From a virus, in the IMG/VR virus record IMGVR_UViG_3300005096_000071, positions 27,159 to 91,158 of that record: a DNA stretch of 64,000 bases; one strand, 5' to 3'. The notes below the pieces were generated by a model. That model made no database searches, was not told the DNA's origin, and worked only from the letters and a program-made list of their open reading frames with translations. Shown here one piece after another: positions 53,338 through 63,409 of this stretch. Numbering within the stretch: the first letter of the stretch is position 1; each line of letters starts with the position of its first letter. A program made the position numbers and the translations under genes.

Positions 53338-53787
53338 GTGTTCGAGCTGCGTCTGCTGGAGGCGTTGAAGATCGCGGATCGCCTGGGGACCTGGGTGCTC
53401 TACGAGGCACGAGACGCGCGGACGATCGACTACCTGGTAGGGCACTTGCTCTACCGGGTCGACGACCTCGACCGGCTGCGATCGCGCACAAAGAGCGAGG
53501 ACAAGCGCCGACGCTACGCGGAGCTGGTTGGGTACTGGCGGCGCGCGGCGCGGTGGGTGGCGAGCCTCGACCGCCAGCATGGGGCGGAGATGGTCGATCG
53601 GATCCTCCACCACATGGAGGAGAACCCGAAGTACCGCGCGATCCCGTACGTGGTGGCCAATAGCGGGCACCCTACGCTCCGATCCAGTGACGTGGCCCCG
53701 AGGCGGGTCGGCCGGCCGCGAACGCGACTCAACGTCAAAGAGCGGCCCTTGCCACGCTGTGGGGACTGCGGACGGGCCACACTATAG
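53338..53787 (+). CDS. Hypothetical protein with C-terminal CxxC
   Basis: ORF in operon. Confidence 0.65.
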   Translation: MFELRLLEALKIADRLGTWVLYEARDARTIDYLVGHLLYRVDDLDRLRSRTKSEDKRRRYAELVGYWRRAARWVASLDRQHGAEMVDRILHHMEENPKYRAIPYVVANSGHPTLRSSDVAPRRVGRPRTRLNVKERPLPRCGDCGRATL

Positions 53788-53789
53788 CG

Positions 53790-54536
53790 ATGACGGTCCG
53801 AAGAAAAACGAAGCGGCCCCGTCAACGAGCGCTTGCAAATACCGGGACAAACGAGATCACGATCGAACAGCACGGCCGCGCCTACCGGATGTGGATCCTC
53901 GGGGTTGACCCTCGGGACATCCAACGCGAGTGCCGGCTGACCGCGAAACAGTGGGCGTGGATGTTCAGGACGGGCGACGCGTCGGCGGAGCTTCCGAGCT
54001 TCGAATCGATGTGGATCGAGGAGGTCGTGGTGATTCGCGGCTCGGCGATCGAGGCGGCCAAAGAGGTGAGCACGCGCGCACCGTCGATCATTCGGCGCCG
54101 CATGATCAACGCCGAGGTTGCCGGCATGGTCCTCAATCGAATGCTTGGGGCCTGGTACGACGACCTCGCTAAGAAGGTCGACGCAGGAGAGAACGTCGAG
54201 CTGTCGGTCCCCTCGCGTAACACCCTACGAGCGCTGAAGGTCCTCACCGATATCTCGAACGGAAAGGCCGCCGCCGACATGTTCAAGTCGATCTACACCG
54301 ACACGGCCGGCGCGCGTGCAGTGATGCCCGCCGCAAACTTCACCGCCAAAGGTGAGGCTGATCCGCTCGGCCGTCTCGTCGACAAAGCCGACACCGAGAA
54401 CGCACCGACCGAGATCACTGACGGGTTCTGGACCGAGTGGCAGCGCCTGAGTCCAGAACAAAAAGCCGCCTACGCGAACGACGGCACCGACCCCGACCCG
54501 AAGGACATCCTAGATGCCGAAGCAAGCGAAACCTGA
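53790..54536 (+). CDS. Putative terminase small subunit
   Basis: N-terminal HTH-like part, helical body, upstream of MTase and TerL. Confidence 0.55.
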   Translation: MTVRRKTKRPRQRALANTGTNEITIEQHGRAYRMWILGVDPRDIQRECRLTAKQWAWMFRTGDASAELPSFESMWIEEVVVIRGSAIEAAKEVSTRAPSIIRRRMINAEVAGMVLNRMLGAWYDDLAKKVDAGENVELSVPSRNTLRALKVLTDISNGKAAADMFKSIYTDTAGARAVMPAANFTAKGEADPLGRLVDKADTENAPTEITDGFWTEWQRLSPEQKAAYANDGTDPDPKDILDAEASET

Positions 54537-55833
54537 CCTCTCCCGGATCAGCCCAGACCTACGGCCGCTCGCGGTCCCCATCTCGACGCTGACGATGGAC
54601 ACCGCGAACCCAAAGGGGCACGGATCCGATCAAGTCCAGACGTTGGTCTACTCGCTGAAGGAGTTCGGCATGAGGCGGCCGCTCGTGGTGAACCGGAACG
54701 GGATGGTGATCGAGGCGGGCAACGGGGTCCTGGAGGCCGCGATTCAACTCGGGATGACGCACGTCCCCGTGGTGCACGAGGACGACAGTCACGAGAAGGC
54801 GCGCGCGTACAGCATCATGGACAACCGCTCCAGCGAGCTATCGGACTGGACGCCGGAGCACGCCAAACTAATCAAGGAGCTGAAGGGGACAGAGCACGAC
54901 GTGATCCGGATGGGGCTCTACGCGCCCGGCGAGGTGCGACAGATCCTCGACGACTACGAGCCCGACGACGCCGAGCCTAGGGCAGAGTTCCCGAAGATGG
55001 GCACGATCCAAGAGATCGACAAACCGGAGGCACCGACGCAACCGATCACGCAACCGGGGTGGGTCTGGCGCCTCGACGATCACCGGGTAGGGTGCGGTGA
55101 CTCGAAGGACGAGACATTCGTCCGGAGCCTGTTCGGAACGAAGCGGCCACAGGTTGCACTGTTTGATCCGCCGTACTGTTCGGGTGGATTTCAGGAGTCC
55201 GGCAAGAGCCGCGGATCGTTCCCAGAGTCCGGCGAAGGCAACGTCGCGGCCGACGTCATCGCCTCCGACAACCTCAGCACGCGCGGCTACCAGGCGCTGA
55301 TCTCCAACGTCCTCAGTGCGTGCAAGGTCCCGACGGTCTACATATGCACCGACTGGCGAATGTGGATCCCGCTGTTCGACACGGTCGAGGGGAACGCCCT
55401 GGCGATCCGGGCGATGATCGTCTGGGACAAGGGGCACCCCGGGCTCGGCGGAATGTGGCGCGGTCAGCACGAGCTGATCATGTTCGCGACGCGCCACAGC
55501 AAGAGCCGGCAGCCAGGCGCCCCGACCGGCGGCAACGTGATCCAGTGCAAGCGCACCGGGAACAAGCACCACTACACCGAGAAACCCGTGGAGCTGTTCG
55601 CGAAGATCCTCCACGAGGACGCGATGAGCGGCCGCAAGGGCCCGGTATTCGACCCGTTCATGGGGTCAGGCACCACGATCCTCGCGTGCGAACAGATGGA
55701 CCGCAAGGGCATCGGGTGCGAGATCGATCCGAAGCACGTCGACGTCGCGGTTAGAAGGTGGGTGGAGCTGACACGAAGGACGGCGACCGCCTACATCGGG
55801 ACCAAAAAGGTCGGGGAGCTCGCCCCTAAATGA
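54514..55833 (+). CDS. ParB-N plus N4/N6 DNA methyltransferase
   Basis: S..EFG...P, AGNG, DNR; HR..CGDS, DPPY, H.TEKPVEL, DPFMGSGTT, EIDP. Confidence 0.93.
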   Translation: MPKQAKPDLSRISPDLRPLAVPISTLTMDTANPKGHGSDQVQTLVYSLKEFGMRRPLVVNRNGMVIEAGNGVLEAAIQLGMTHVPVVHEDDSHEKARAYSIMDNRSSELSDWTPEHAKLIKELKGTEHDVIRMGLYAPGEVRQILDDYEPDDAEPRAEFPKMGTIQEIDKPEAPTQPITQPGWVWRLDDHRVGCGDSKDETFVRSLFGTKRPQVALFDPPYCSGGFQESGKSRGSFPESGEGNVAADVIASDNLSTRGYQALISNVLSACKVPTVYICTDWRMWIPLFDTVEGNALAIRAMIVWDKGHPGLGGMWRGQHELIMFATRHSKSRQPGAPTGGNVIQCKRTGNKHHYTEKPVELFAKILHEDAMSGRKGPVFDPFMGSGTTILACEQMDRKGIGCEIDPKHVDVAVRRWVELTRRTATAYIGTKKVGELAPK

Positions 55834-55851
55834 AGGTGGTACGCTGCCCCC

Positions 55852-56058
55852 ATGAAGATGCCACAAGGTGTTTCGTCATGGGAGATCGCCGGCATATCCG
55901 CGTTCCCGCTCGTGGAGGCCATGCTGTCGCTCGACATCCCCGCGAAGCTCGGGTGGTCACCCGAGCAATTTTTCTCCGTCCTGGCGGGCCTCATGACCCT
56001 CATGGCGATGGGGCGAGCCCTCCAGTCCAACCGCACCGCGAAGAAACCGGCCGAGTAG
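55852..56058 (+). CDS. Small two-TM protein (holin-like)
   Basis: Two hydrophobic segments, basic tail. Confidence 0.55.
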   Translation: MKMPQGVSSWEIAGISAFPLVEAMLSLDIPAKLGWSPEQFFSVLAGLMTLMAMGRALQSNRTAKKPAE

Positions 56059-56065
56059 GAGGCCC

Positions 56066-57637
56066 GTGAGCGCGTGGACGGCAGAACGGGTCACCGAAGA
56101 CCCGGACGGGGCCGCCCGCCGGGGATTCGCGCGCCGCCTCCAGAGGATCGAGGAGGCGCGCGCTAACCCGGACGCGTTCGTCGAGTTTTGCGCCGAGGTT
56201 GTCGGCGGCACGCTGGCGAAACAGGATCCGGTCCACTCGGAGTGGCAAAGGATCTGGACGATGTTCGATCGGGCGATCATCCTCGCGCCCGTTGGCCATG
56301 GCAAGTCGACCCAACTCGTGTGGCGTCTACTCTGGGAGCTGGGCCACAACCCGGACCTGAAGATCGCGATCATCTCCGCGACCCAGGGGCACCCGAAAAA
56401 CCTGCTCGGGATGATGAAGCAGGAGATCGAGGAGAACCCGCGCGTGCGCGAGGTGTTCCCGAAACTCCAGAAGGCTCGTGGCGCTCGCGAGTTGTGGACG
56501 TCGACCGAGATCCTACTGGAGCGGGAAAGTCGGGACCCGAACCCGTCCGTTCGATGCTTCGGTCTTCACGGCAAGATCCTCGGGGCGCGCGCGGACATCA
56601 TCGTTCTCGACGATATCTGCAACATGGAGAACACGCTCTCCGATATGCAGCGCGAGAAGGCGGTCGAGTGGATCTCGTCGGAGGTCCTGTCGCGGCTCAA
56701 GCCGGGCGCTCGCGTCTGGGCGATCGGCCATATCTGGCACGAGACGGACGCGCTCCAGATGCTGCGCAAGAAGCCAGCGTGGGCATACTTCCGCTACGAG
56801 GACATGGTCCCCAAGGGGACCGGAGCCCGCGCGGTTCAGATCAACGAAGGCGCGACGATCGCCGATGCGATCGCCGACATGGTCGCGAAGGGGATGGAGG
56901 GCGAGGAGCCGCTGTCCCCCGGGGTGATGCCCGAGGAGGAGATCGAAAAGAAGGCCGAGGAGCTTGGCCCGATCTACTCGATGATGATGCTTAAGAACCG
57001 ACTGCCATCGCGGTCGGCCGGTCGGTTTCGTCAGGAGTGGTTCCAAGAATGCATGGCGCTCGGTGCCGGGCTTAGCTTCCTGCCCAACTGGCCGCGCGGC
57101 GCGGCGCCGACGTACACCGGCGTCGACCTCGGACACCGGAAAAAGGCGGGCGCCGATCTCACCGTGCTGTTTACGGTGGCGGTGCTGCCCACCGGCATCC
57201 GGCAGGTGATCGACATCCGCTCGGGGCGCTGGACTGGCCCCGAGATCCTCGATCAGATCCGGTACGTTCATCACCATTTCCACTCAATCATCGCGGTCGA
57301 GAACAACGCCGCGCAAAACTACCTCCTGGAGTTCGCGGCGGAGCTGGACACGCTCCCGATGCGTCCGCACCACACCGGGATCAATAAGTACGACGCCGCC
57401 CACGGTATCGAGTCCCTCGGCCACGAGCTGCGCCAGGGGCGGTGGATGCTCCCGTGCTCCCGCGACATGATGCCGCCGGCCGAACTGACAGCGGCGATCA
57501 ACGGCGCGCTGTCCTACGACCCGACCCGCCACCCATCCGATCACCTCATGGCGTGGTGGATCTGCCGCGAAGCGATTAGGCTCAGCCCAGCGACGCAGGG
57601 GTTCGAAGTCCCCGACATCGACCACATGATCAGATAG
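56066..57637 (+). CDS. terL: Terminase large subunit
   Basis: APVGHGKST, G.RADIIVLDD, WH..D, GVDLG, VENNAAQ, D..MAWW. Confidence 0.93.
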   Translation: MSAWTAERVTEDPDGAARRGFARRLQRIEEARANPDAFVEFCAEVVGGTLAKQDPVHSEWQRIWTMFDRAIILAPVGHGKSTQLVWRLLWELGHNPDLKIAIISATQGHPKNLLGMMKQEIEENPRVREVFPKLQKARGARELWTSTEILLERESRDPNPSVRCFGLHGKILGARADIIVLDDICNMENTLSDMQREKAVEWISSEVLSRLKPGARVWAIGHIWHETDALQMLRKKPAWAYFRYEDMVPKGTGARAVQINEGATIADAIADMVAKGMEGEEPLSPGVMPEEEIEKKAEELGPIYSMMMLKNRLPSRSAGRFRQEWFQECMALGAGLSFLPNWPRGAAPTYTGVDLGHRKKAGADLTVLFTVAVLPTGIRQVIDIRSGRWTGPEILDQIRYVHHHFHSIIAVENNAAQNYLLEFAAELDTLPMRPHHTGINKYDAAHGIESLGHELRQGRWMLPCSRDMMPPAELTAAINGALSYDPTRHPSDHLMAWWICREAIRLSPATQGFEVPDIDHMIR

Positions 57638-57654
57638 CGGGTACCATGGCAGAC

Positions 57655-59442
57655 ATGTCCGACGACGAGACCGACGACGACCTCCCCGCAATCCCGGAGG
57701 TGTACGTGATGCGGATCCAGGAGACCCGCCGCTCGATAGATCTGCGGGCGAAACAATCCTACCTCCGGCAAACCCAGCACGACCACCGCAATCTGACGTG
57801 GGACGGCGGGCCGCGAGACCCCGGGATCGGCTACATGCGCGAGCGTCTCGAACCCTACGGGTTCACCGTGACGAACGGCGCCCCATACGGAAACCGTCGA
57901 CCCTCGTGCCCGTATCCCATCGGTCGCCAGGTGATCCGGGCGTTCACCGACATGGTGTTCGGCTCCTCGGAGCCCGACCTGTCGGTTCCGGCCGATCAAC
58001 GGACGGGGCGATACCTCGCGGCCATCATGCGGGAGTCCAACGCCTGGGACACGCTCTCGGAGTCACGCGACTTCAGTGGTGCATGTGGCGAGACTGCGAT
58101 CCTCGCTGAGGTGATCGAGGGGGAGCCGTCGACCGAGCGACTCAACACCGCCGACCTGAAAGTGATCGAGTGGGAGGACCGCAAGGGCTGGGTTCCCGCC
58201 GTCGTGATCGAACAGCGACTGGTCGAGACGACAGAGGAGGACGAGAAAACGAAGAAACTCGAAACCGTGAAAAAGTGGAGGACCCGCTACTGGGACCGGA
58301 CCCACACGCTTGCGTTCGAGGATGTCCCCGAGGACTACGGCAAGGATGAGATCTCGAAGGGTGAAGCCCCGCCGCCGATCCTGCCCGAGGGCGAGCCCGT
58401 CGAACACCACGCCGGACGGTGCCCGGTGGTGTGGCTGCAGAACACCAGGTCGAGCAAGAGTCCCGCGGGAGAGTCGGACCTCGACGGCGTGCACGAGACG
58501 GCCGACCAGCTGGACAAGCTCCAGTCGATGACGATTCGAGCGAGCAACGCCAATGCCGACCCCACGCTGGTCTACAAAGATGAGCGAGCGGAGCGCCGCC
58601 GCAACCCCCAACTAAAGAAGGGGTACGGCGCGCGGATCGACGTTGGGCCGAACGGTGACGTGAAGCTGCTAGAGACCACCGGGTCGTCGATCGAGACAGC
58701 CTGGATCGGGATCGAGAAACTCCGTTTCGAGATCCTGCAGACCACGGGCGCCGTGATCGTCACGCCGGAGTCGGCGAGTAACTACAAGTCCGGCAAGGCG
58801 ATCCAGATGCTGTGGCGAACGATGGAGAGTCGATGCAGCATGCGGCTACGCGTGCCTCTGGAGACTGGGATCCGACAGCTGTGCGCGATCTGGATCGCAG
58901 TTGGCACCGCGATCAAAGTCGCGTCCGTCGAGGACGAGGATCCCAAGGGCGTGATCCTCCCCCCGCGAGTCATCGAGCCGAAGGCCGAGGACAAGACTAA
59001 AGCGCGCGAGGCCGGGAAAGACGTAAAGCCAAAGCTTGAGCCTCACCAGGTGGGCGACGGTAGCTACGTCGAGGTCCGGTGGTCGCCGTACCACGAGCCG
59101 ACGGCCGAGGACCTCTTGGCGTACGCCAGCGCGCTCGCCAACGCGAACGGTCAGAAGCCGCTGATCTCGAAAGAGACCGCGACCCGCGAGTTCATCAACG
59201 TGATCGGCAACGTCGACCCCGACGAGGAGCTGGACAAGATCGCCGAGGAGCACGAGGAGGGGATGGAGGAGTTCGGCGCCGCTATCGGTGGCGCGGGTGG
59301 TGTTCCATTCGGGAAACCTGGTGAAGGCGCCAAGGACGACGACGCCAAAAAGAAAGACGGCGACAAGGACGACGGCGCAGGGGACGACAAGGGCGAAGCC
59401 AACGACAAGGACGACGGGAAGGCCAAGGCTGATCAGGAGTGA
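57655..59442 (+). CDS. Portal protein (SPP1 gp6-like)
   Basis: Follows TerL; H..GRCPVVW.QN, G.SD, SG.AI; acidic tail. Confidence 0.88.
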   Translation: MSDDETDDDLPAIPEVYVMRIQETRRSIDLRAKQSYLRQTQHDHRNLTWDGGPRDPGIGYMRERLEPYGFTVTNGAPYGNRRPSCPYPIGRQVIRAFTDMVFGSSEPDLSVPADQRTGRYLAAIMRESNAWDTLSESRDFSGACGETAILAEVIEGEPSTERLNTADLKVIEWEDRKGWVPAVVIEQRLVETTEEDEKTKKLETVKKWRTRYWDRTHTLAFEDVPEDYGKDEISKGEAPPPILPEGEPVEHHAGRCPVVWLQNTRSSKSPAGESDLDGVHETADQLDKLQSMTIRASNANADPTLVYKDERAERRRNPQLKKGYGARIDVGPNGDVKLLETTGSSIETAWIGIEKLRFEILQTTGAVIVTPESASNYKSGKAIQMLWRTMESRCSMRLRVPLETGIRQLCAIWIAVGTAIKVASVEDEDPKGVILPPRVIEPKAEDKTKAREAGKDVKPKLEPHQVGDGSYVEVRWSPYHEPTAEDLLAYASALANANGQKPLISKETATREFINVIGNVDPDEELDKIAEEHEEGMEEFGAAIGGAGGVPFGKPGEGAKDDDAKKKDGDKDDGAGDDKGEANDKDDGKAKADQE

Positions 59443-60545
59443 GCGCCGACCGCATCGCGGTGCTGCTTGAAGTCCAGCACCGGTGGATCAAGGGCAAGCT
59501 GCGGAGGATGTCGCGGCGGCAGTTCGAGATCGTGAGGGCGGCAATGCTCCACGTCGAGGCCGAGCTACGCACGGTGCGCTGGGGGAGTTGGGGGGAGGCC
59601 GAGCGCCGGGGGACCTTGATCATGCTGGCGCGCGCGGTGTCGGCGATGACGGCCTACCAGGTGGCCGAGCTTGCGGCCGAGCTACCCAACATCGTGCGCA
59701 TGAGCCAAAAGCATTCGGCGAAGTGGCTCCGCACCCTCGACAAGCAATTCCATGGTTCAGTGCGCCCGCTTCGGTTCGACACGCTCGCGTGGTGGGAGTC
59801 GAAACATCCCGAGTTCGGCGAGGTCCGGCTCCGAGAGTTCCGCAAGTCGCTCAACCGCTACGGTGCGGCCGCCGTCAAGGCCACCGAGGACGCTCTGGCT
59901 CGCAACGTCCTGCTAGGCCAGCCGTGGTGGGATGCCCGCGACGACGTCCGCAGGGCGGTGCGTGGGGCCGTCAGTAGCCAGGACTGGAGAGTTGATCGGA
60001 TCCTCCGGACCGAGACCTCCGCGGTCTACAACGGGACGATGCTCGCGACGCTTCAATCGGAAGACTCCGCGGATGACCCGATGAACAAGCGCCTCGCGGC
60101 GACGTTCGACGCGGCGACGGCCTTAGATTCGGTCTTGCTCGATGGCCAGATCCAGCCCGTCGGAAAGCCGTTCTACGACTCCTACCACGGGTTCGAGTAC
60201 ATGGCGCCGCCCAACCGACCGAACGATCGCGAGATCGTGATCGGCTGGCGTTCGAGCTATGGCGACATTGATCTGAAGCACGCCACGAGGAGCCAGCGCC
60301 AGGCGGCCGAGAGAGCGGCCGACAAGGCGGCCCGGGGGAGAATGGGGCGCACGGGTGCCGCGGCCGAAGTCGGCGCCCTGGAGCGACAGCAGGCAGCCCT
60401 GGAGATCCAGGCACGCCAGTTCACGGACCCCGAGGTCCGCGCGTCTGTCAAGGGGCAGCTGGGATCGGTTCGTCGCCGCTTGCGAGCGCTAAGTACTTCC
60501 GGACGCGGCGGCGCTGGTACAGGCCGGCGTTCGATCCCCGCGTGA
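59439..60545 (+). CDS. MuF/SPP1 gp7-like head morphogenesis protein
   Basis: RI.RTE...YN, D..T..D, PPNRPNDR. Confidence 0.85.
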   Translation: MSADRIAVLLEVQHRWIKGKLRRMSRRQFEIVRAAMLHVEAELRTVRWGSWGEAERRGTLIMLARAVSAMTAYQVAELAAELPNIVRMSQKHSAKWLRTLDKQFHGSVRPLRFDTLAWWESKHPEFGEVRLREFRKSLNRYGAAAVKATEDALARNVLLGQPWWDARDDVRRAVRGAVSSQDWRVDRILRTETSAVYNGTMLATLQSEDSADDPMNKRLAATFDAATALDSVLLDGQIQPVGKPFYDSYHGFEYMAPPNRPNDREIVIGWRSSYGDIDLKHATRSQRQAAERAADKAARGRMGRTGAAAEVGALERQQAALEIQARQFTDPEVRASVKGQLGSVRRRLRALSTSGRGGAGTGRRSIPA

Positions 60546-61095
60546 TCGTGATCGTCCCGTAGTCGAGGAACACGTCCGCGAACTCCATCGGGAGCGGGCC
60601 CCAGTAGGGGAGGACCGAGGGGAACGGCGCCCCGGCCGGCGCCCCTTTGAACGGGATTCGGCCCGACCAGTGGCACAGTACGTCAGCCGTTACGATGTCG
60701 CGGCCGTACCAGACGGTGTCGGTGCGGGAAGGCCAGAGCCCGATCACCACGCACGAGCCAACCCCTCCCGCGTTGGCGCCCGCTCCGAAGTAGCGGGCCC
60801 GCGAGGTCCAGAGCTGCAGGGCGGTCCCGTACTCGGAGTTGCAGAACACACGGGTGCCGCGCCCGTAGACGGGCCAGGGCGTCACCAGGCCGTCGTCCTC
60901 CTCGGTGAGGGAGCGCGAGGCCCCGACCACATCCCCGGCCCCTCCGCACGGGTCCAGATCGATCACAGGGTCGTCCGCGCTGCGCTCCACGGGGGGCGGG
61001 TGTCGGCCCATGACTATATCGACAGGGTCGAGGACGAGCCGCGGCGTCTGCCACATTTGGTCCTCGCTTGACATCATCACATCCAGCTTGCTCAT
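60448..61095 (-). CDS. Phage Dam-like N6-adenine methyltransferase with variant catalytic motif (NSEY)
   Basis: WQTP, DLDPC, DDGL..PW, VFCNSEYG, PSRTDT.W, GRI.F, APFPS. Confidence 0.82.
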   Translation of the reverse strand: MSKLDVMMSSEDQMWQTPRLVLDPVDIVMGRHPPPVERSADDPVIDLDPCGGAGDVVGASRSLTEEDDGLVTPWPVYGRGTRVFCNSEYGTALQLWTSRARYFGAGANAGGVGSCVVIGLWPSRTDTVWYGRDIVTADVLCHWSGRIPFKGAPAGAPFPSVLPYWGPLPMEFADVFLDYGTITITRGSNAGLYQRRRVRKYLALASGDEPIPAAP

Positions 61096-61210
61096 GGTTC
61101 TAGGCCTTTCCCCCGACTCCGCATTGCGGACACCGGGCCACATGGCCGCATCGGAAGCACCTCCCGGTTGCAACCGGCCGGCAAAGAACGCGTGCACCTA
61201 AACAGGTGCA

Positions 61211-61330
61211 TCATTTACGCACGGCCCTAAGCAGGAACGATGCGGAGACGATCACGCCGGCGACAAAACAGGACGCACCCAAAACGACGCCATAAAAAAG
61301 CGCCTCGCTGAGGGGGATGGCCTGCTCCAT
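61211..61330 (-). CDS. Small membrane protein
   Basis: GCA-ATG 9 nt after the conserved promoter; one TM. Confidence 0.6.
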   Translation of the reverse strand: MEQAIPLSEALFYGVVLGASCFVAGVIVSASFLLRAVRK

Positions 61331-61339
61331 TGCTCTGTC

Positions 61340-61418
61340 GTTGTAGACTACGATCGGGCGATGTGCAACCCGAAAGGTGCACATCTGACTTGAAGGTCGC
61401 CGCAAGGCACGTCACACT
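61340..61418. promoter_or_regulatory. Divergent promoters sharing a GTGCAC box (left TTGCAC-N17-TACAAC; right TTGAAG-N17-CACACT)
   Basis: Spacing read directly. Confidence 0.7.
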
Positions 61419-61424
61419 CCTACC

Positions 61425-61622
61425 GTGTACATCAGTGAGCAGATGATCGCGACGCTTGCCCGGGTCAGAGCGCGGCGCGTCAAGGTCGACGACCTGCGCG
61501 AGCAAGATCTGAACCGGCTCGTAGCGAAGGGGCTCGTGCGCGTTCGGTTCAGCGACATAGGATTGACGTCGATCGGAGATGTAGCCCTGGCGTCTTTCAA
61601 GCTAGGGAAGGCGTGCGCGTGA
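61425..61622 (+). CDS. Small wHTH-like protein
   Basis: L.RLV.KGLV...LT..G. Confidence 0.65.
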   Translation: MYISEQMIATLARVRARRVKVDDLREQDLNRLVAKGLVRVRFSDIGLTSIGDVALASFKLGKACA

Positions 61623-62065
61623 CCTCCGAGGTCCTGGACAAGCGGCAGAGCGAGGACGGCCGCACGCTGGTGACGTGGCACGCGGACGGGATGCTGCGGG
61701 CGTGGGAACGCGGGACGGCAGAGACCCACCACGAAGTCCGCGCGTCTGGCTGGGCGCGCGTCGACACTCACCGGCCGCCCGCACCGCCAGACCCCGAGGA
61801 CATCGGGGCGGTGGTCGGTGCGGCGTTCGACCATGAAGTGGTCCACCGGGTGCGCGCTGTGTCGCTCATCTACGGGCTCTACCCCGAGGTGTACAGCCGA
61901 TCGATCGAGTCGCGCGGGTTCGTCCGGGCGCACACCGATCCAGCCTCGACGCTGAGGCACTACGAGGCAGACGTCCGGGCGAAGCGCAGCGGGGTGAAGC
62001 CGCCGCCAGAGGCCAGGAGTGGGGCCGGCGTTGGTCCGGGCGGACTTGGAGCCGTGAGGGAATGA
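61619..62065 (+). CDS. Hypothetical protein
   Basis: GTGA-coupled. Confidence 0.6.
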   Translation: MTSEVLDKRQSEDGRTLVTWHADGMLRAWERGTAETHHEVRASGWARVDTHRPPAPPDPEDIGAVVGAAFDHEVVHRVRAVSLIYGLYPEVYSRSIESRGFVRAHTDPASTLRHYEADVRAKRSGVKPPPEARSGAGVGPGGLGAVRE

Positions 62066-62187
62066 GATTCACCGTGTCGATCCTGGACCTCGCGATGGTG
62101 GCGCTACTCGGCGGGCTCATCGCGAGCGCTCCGACCGTGGCCCATTCAGCCCTGCACCTTCTGGCACTCGCCGAGGGGGGAGTGTAG
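62062..62187 (+). CDS. Small hydrophobic peptide
   Basis: ATGA-coupled. Confidence 0.4.
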   Translation: MRFTVSILDLAMVALLGGLIASAPTVAHSALHLLALAEGGV

Positions 62188-62219
62188 TTCCTGATACTGA
62201 CGCGCCGCCGGGTTCGCGA

Positions 62220-63065
62220 ATGATGCGGGAGGTGAGTGCGGCCAAGATGCTCGGCCGCAAACGGGGCTCCGCCGCCGGGCGCCTTGCGATCTACCGCTGG
62301 GGGATCGAGTTGTCGTGCGGCCACACGTTCGAACGGGAACGAAGGCAAGGCGACGAGATATGGGCGGGTGAGATGCTCGCGTGCCCGCGGTGCCTCGTGG
62401 GGGAGCGCTCAGCGAAGCAGGCAGCCGCGAGGGCGAACGCGTCGGGCGAGTCGACGAACCGGACGAGCGCGTCGGCCGGGTGGGTCAACCCCTCGAAGCT
62501 CGGCGGCAAGTGTCGGTGGTGTGACGGCGAGGTGGCCAAGCCGCGGCGCACGTTCTGCAGCGACACTTGCGTCCACGAGCACCGGATCAGATCGGACTCA
62601 GGCTACGCGAGGATCCAGGTCTGGCGTCGCGATCTTGGCGTTTGCGCAGGTTGCGGTATGGACACGAAGCGAATGGTGCGGGCGATCGTCCGGCACCGGG
62701 CCCGGACATGGCGCAGCCACAGTGGACCGGGCCGAGCCTTCGCGGCGTGGGTCAAGTACGACAAGGGGAAGCTGTCGCCCGATTGTGAGTTGGCCCGGTT
62801 CTGCCGGCTGCTCAAACTGCCGCCGCCGCCGGTCCACCGGATCGACACCCTCTGGGACTGCGACCACACGACGCCGGTGGCCGAGGGCGGGGGCGAGTGC
62901 GGGATGGACAACCTCCGGACCCTCTGCGTCTGGTGCCACCGCGACGAGACCACGAAGCTCCAGCGGCGACTCGCGCGAGCCAAGGCCCGCGAGAAGCAGC
63001 CGGAGCTATTCAGCGACGCGGTTACGGATATCGTCCTCGACGAGGATGGGACAGGGCTTGGATAG
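62220..63065 (+). CDS. HNH endonuclease with Zn fingers
   Basis: CRWC...FCS..C, RD.GVCA.CG, WDCDH..PVAEGGG...NLRTLC..CH..T. Confidence 0.88.
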   Translation: MMREVSAAKMLGRKRGSAAGRLAIYRWGIELSCGHTFERERRQGDEIWAGEMLACPRCLVGERSAKQAAARANASGESTNRTSASAGWVNPSKLGGKCRWCDGEVAKPRRTFCSDTCVHEHRIRSDSGYARIQVWRRDLGVCAGCGMDTKRMVRAIVRHRARTWRSHSGPGRAFAAWVKYDKGKLSPDCELARFCRLLKLPPPPVHRIDTLWDCDHTTPVAEGGGECGMDNLRTLCVWCHRDETTKLQRRLARAKAREKQPELFSDAVTDIVLDEDGTGLG

Positions 63066-63212
63066 ATCGCAGGTCGCGGAGCCGCAGCACTCGCAAACGT
63101 GAGTCGCGAGCGCGGCACCGCAGAGCGGGCACCCCTCGGCGGGCCAGGCGACCATCGCCCCACACCCGCCGCACTTCCGCTCAGTGGGATCGGTTTGCTT
63201 CAGTTTCGTCAC
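63006..63212 (-). CDS. Small Cys-rich Zn-binding protein
   Basis: Several CxxC, coupled. Confidence 0.45.
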   Translation of the reverse strand: MTKLKQTDPTERKCGGCGAMVAWPAEGCPLCGAALATHVCECCGSATCDLSKPCPILVEDDIRNRVAE

Positions 63213-63409
63213 TGGGCCCAGGACACACCGGCGAGGTTCGCCATCAGAAAAAAGGCCCCGGCGAGCGCGAGCGCTGGGTAGAGCGTAAGGGTGGCCGCTC
63301 GATGCCAGGACATATCACCCCGGGTGACGATGTCGGATTGCGCGGCCGCCCCGATGATGGCCAGGACAATCCAGGCGAGAAAAGTCGCGATAAAAGTAAC
63401 GACCGCCAT
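63209..63409 (-). CDS. Small two-TM protein
   Basis: TGATG-coupled, hydrophobic. Confidence 0.55.
   Translation of the reverse strand: MAVVTFIATFLAWIVLAIIGAAAQSDIVTRGDMSWHRAATLTLYPALALAGAFFLMANLAGVSWAQ

Noticed and set aside
59320-59440. GACGAC/AAGGAC quasi-repeats
   Set aside because: Low-complexity D/K tail of the portal protein.
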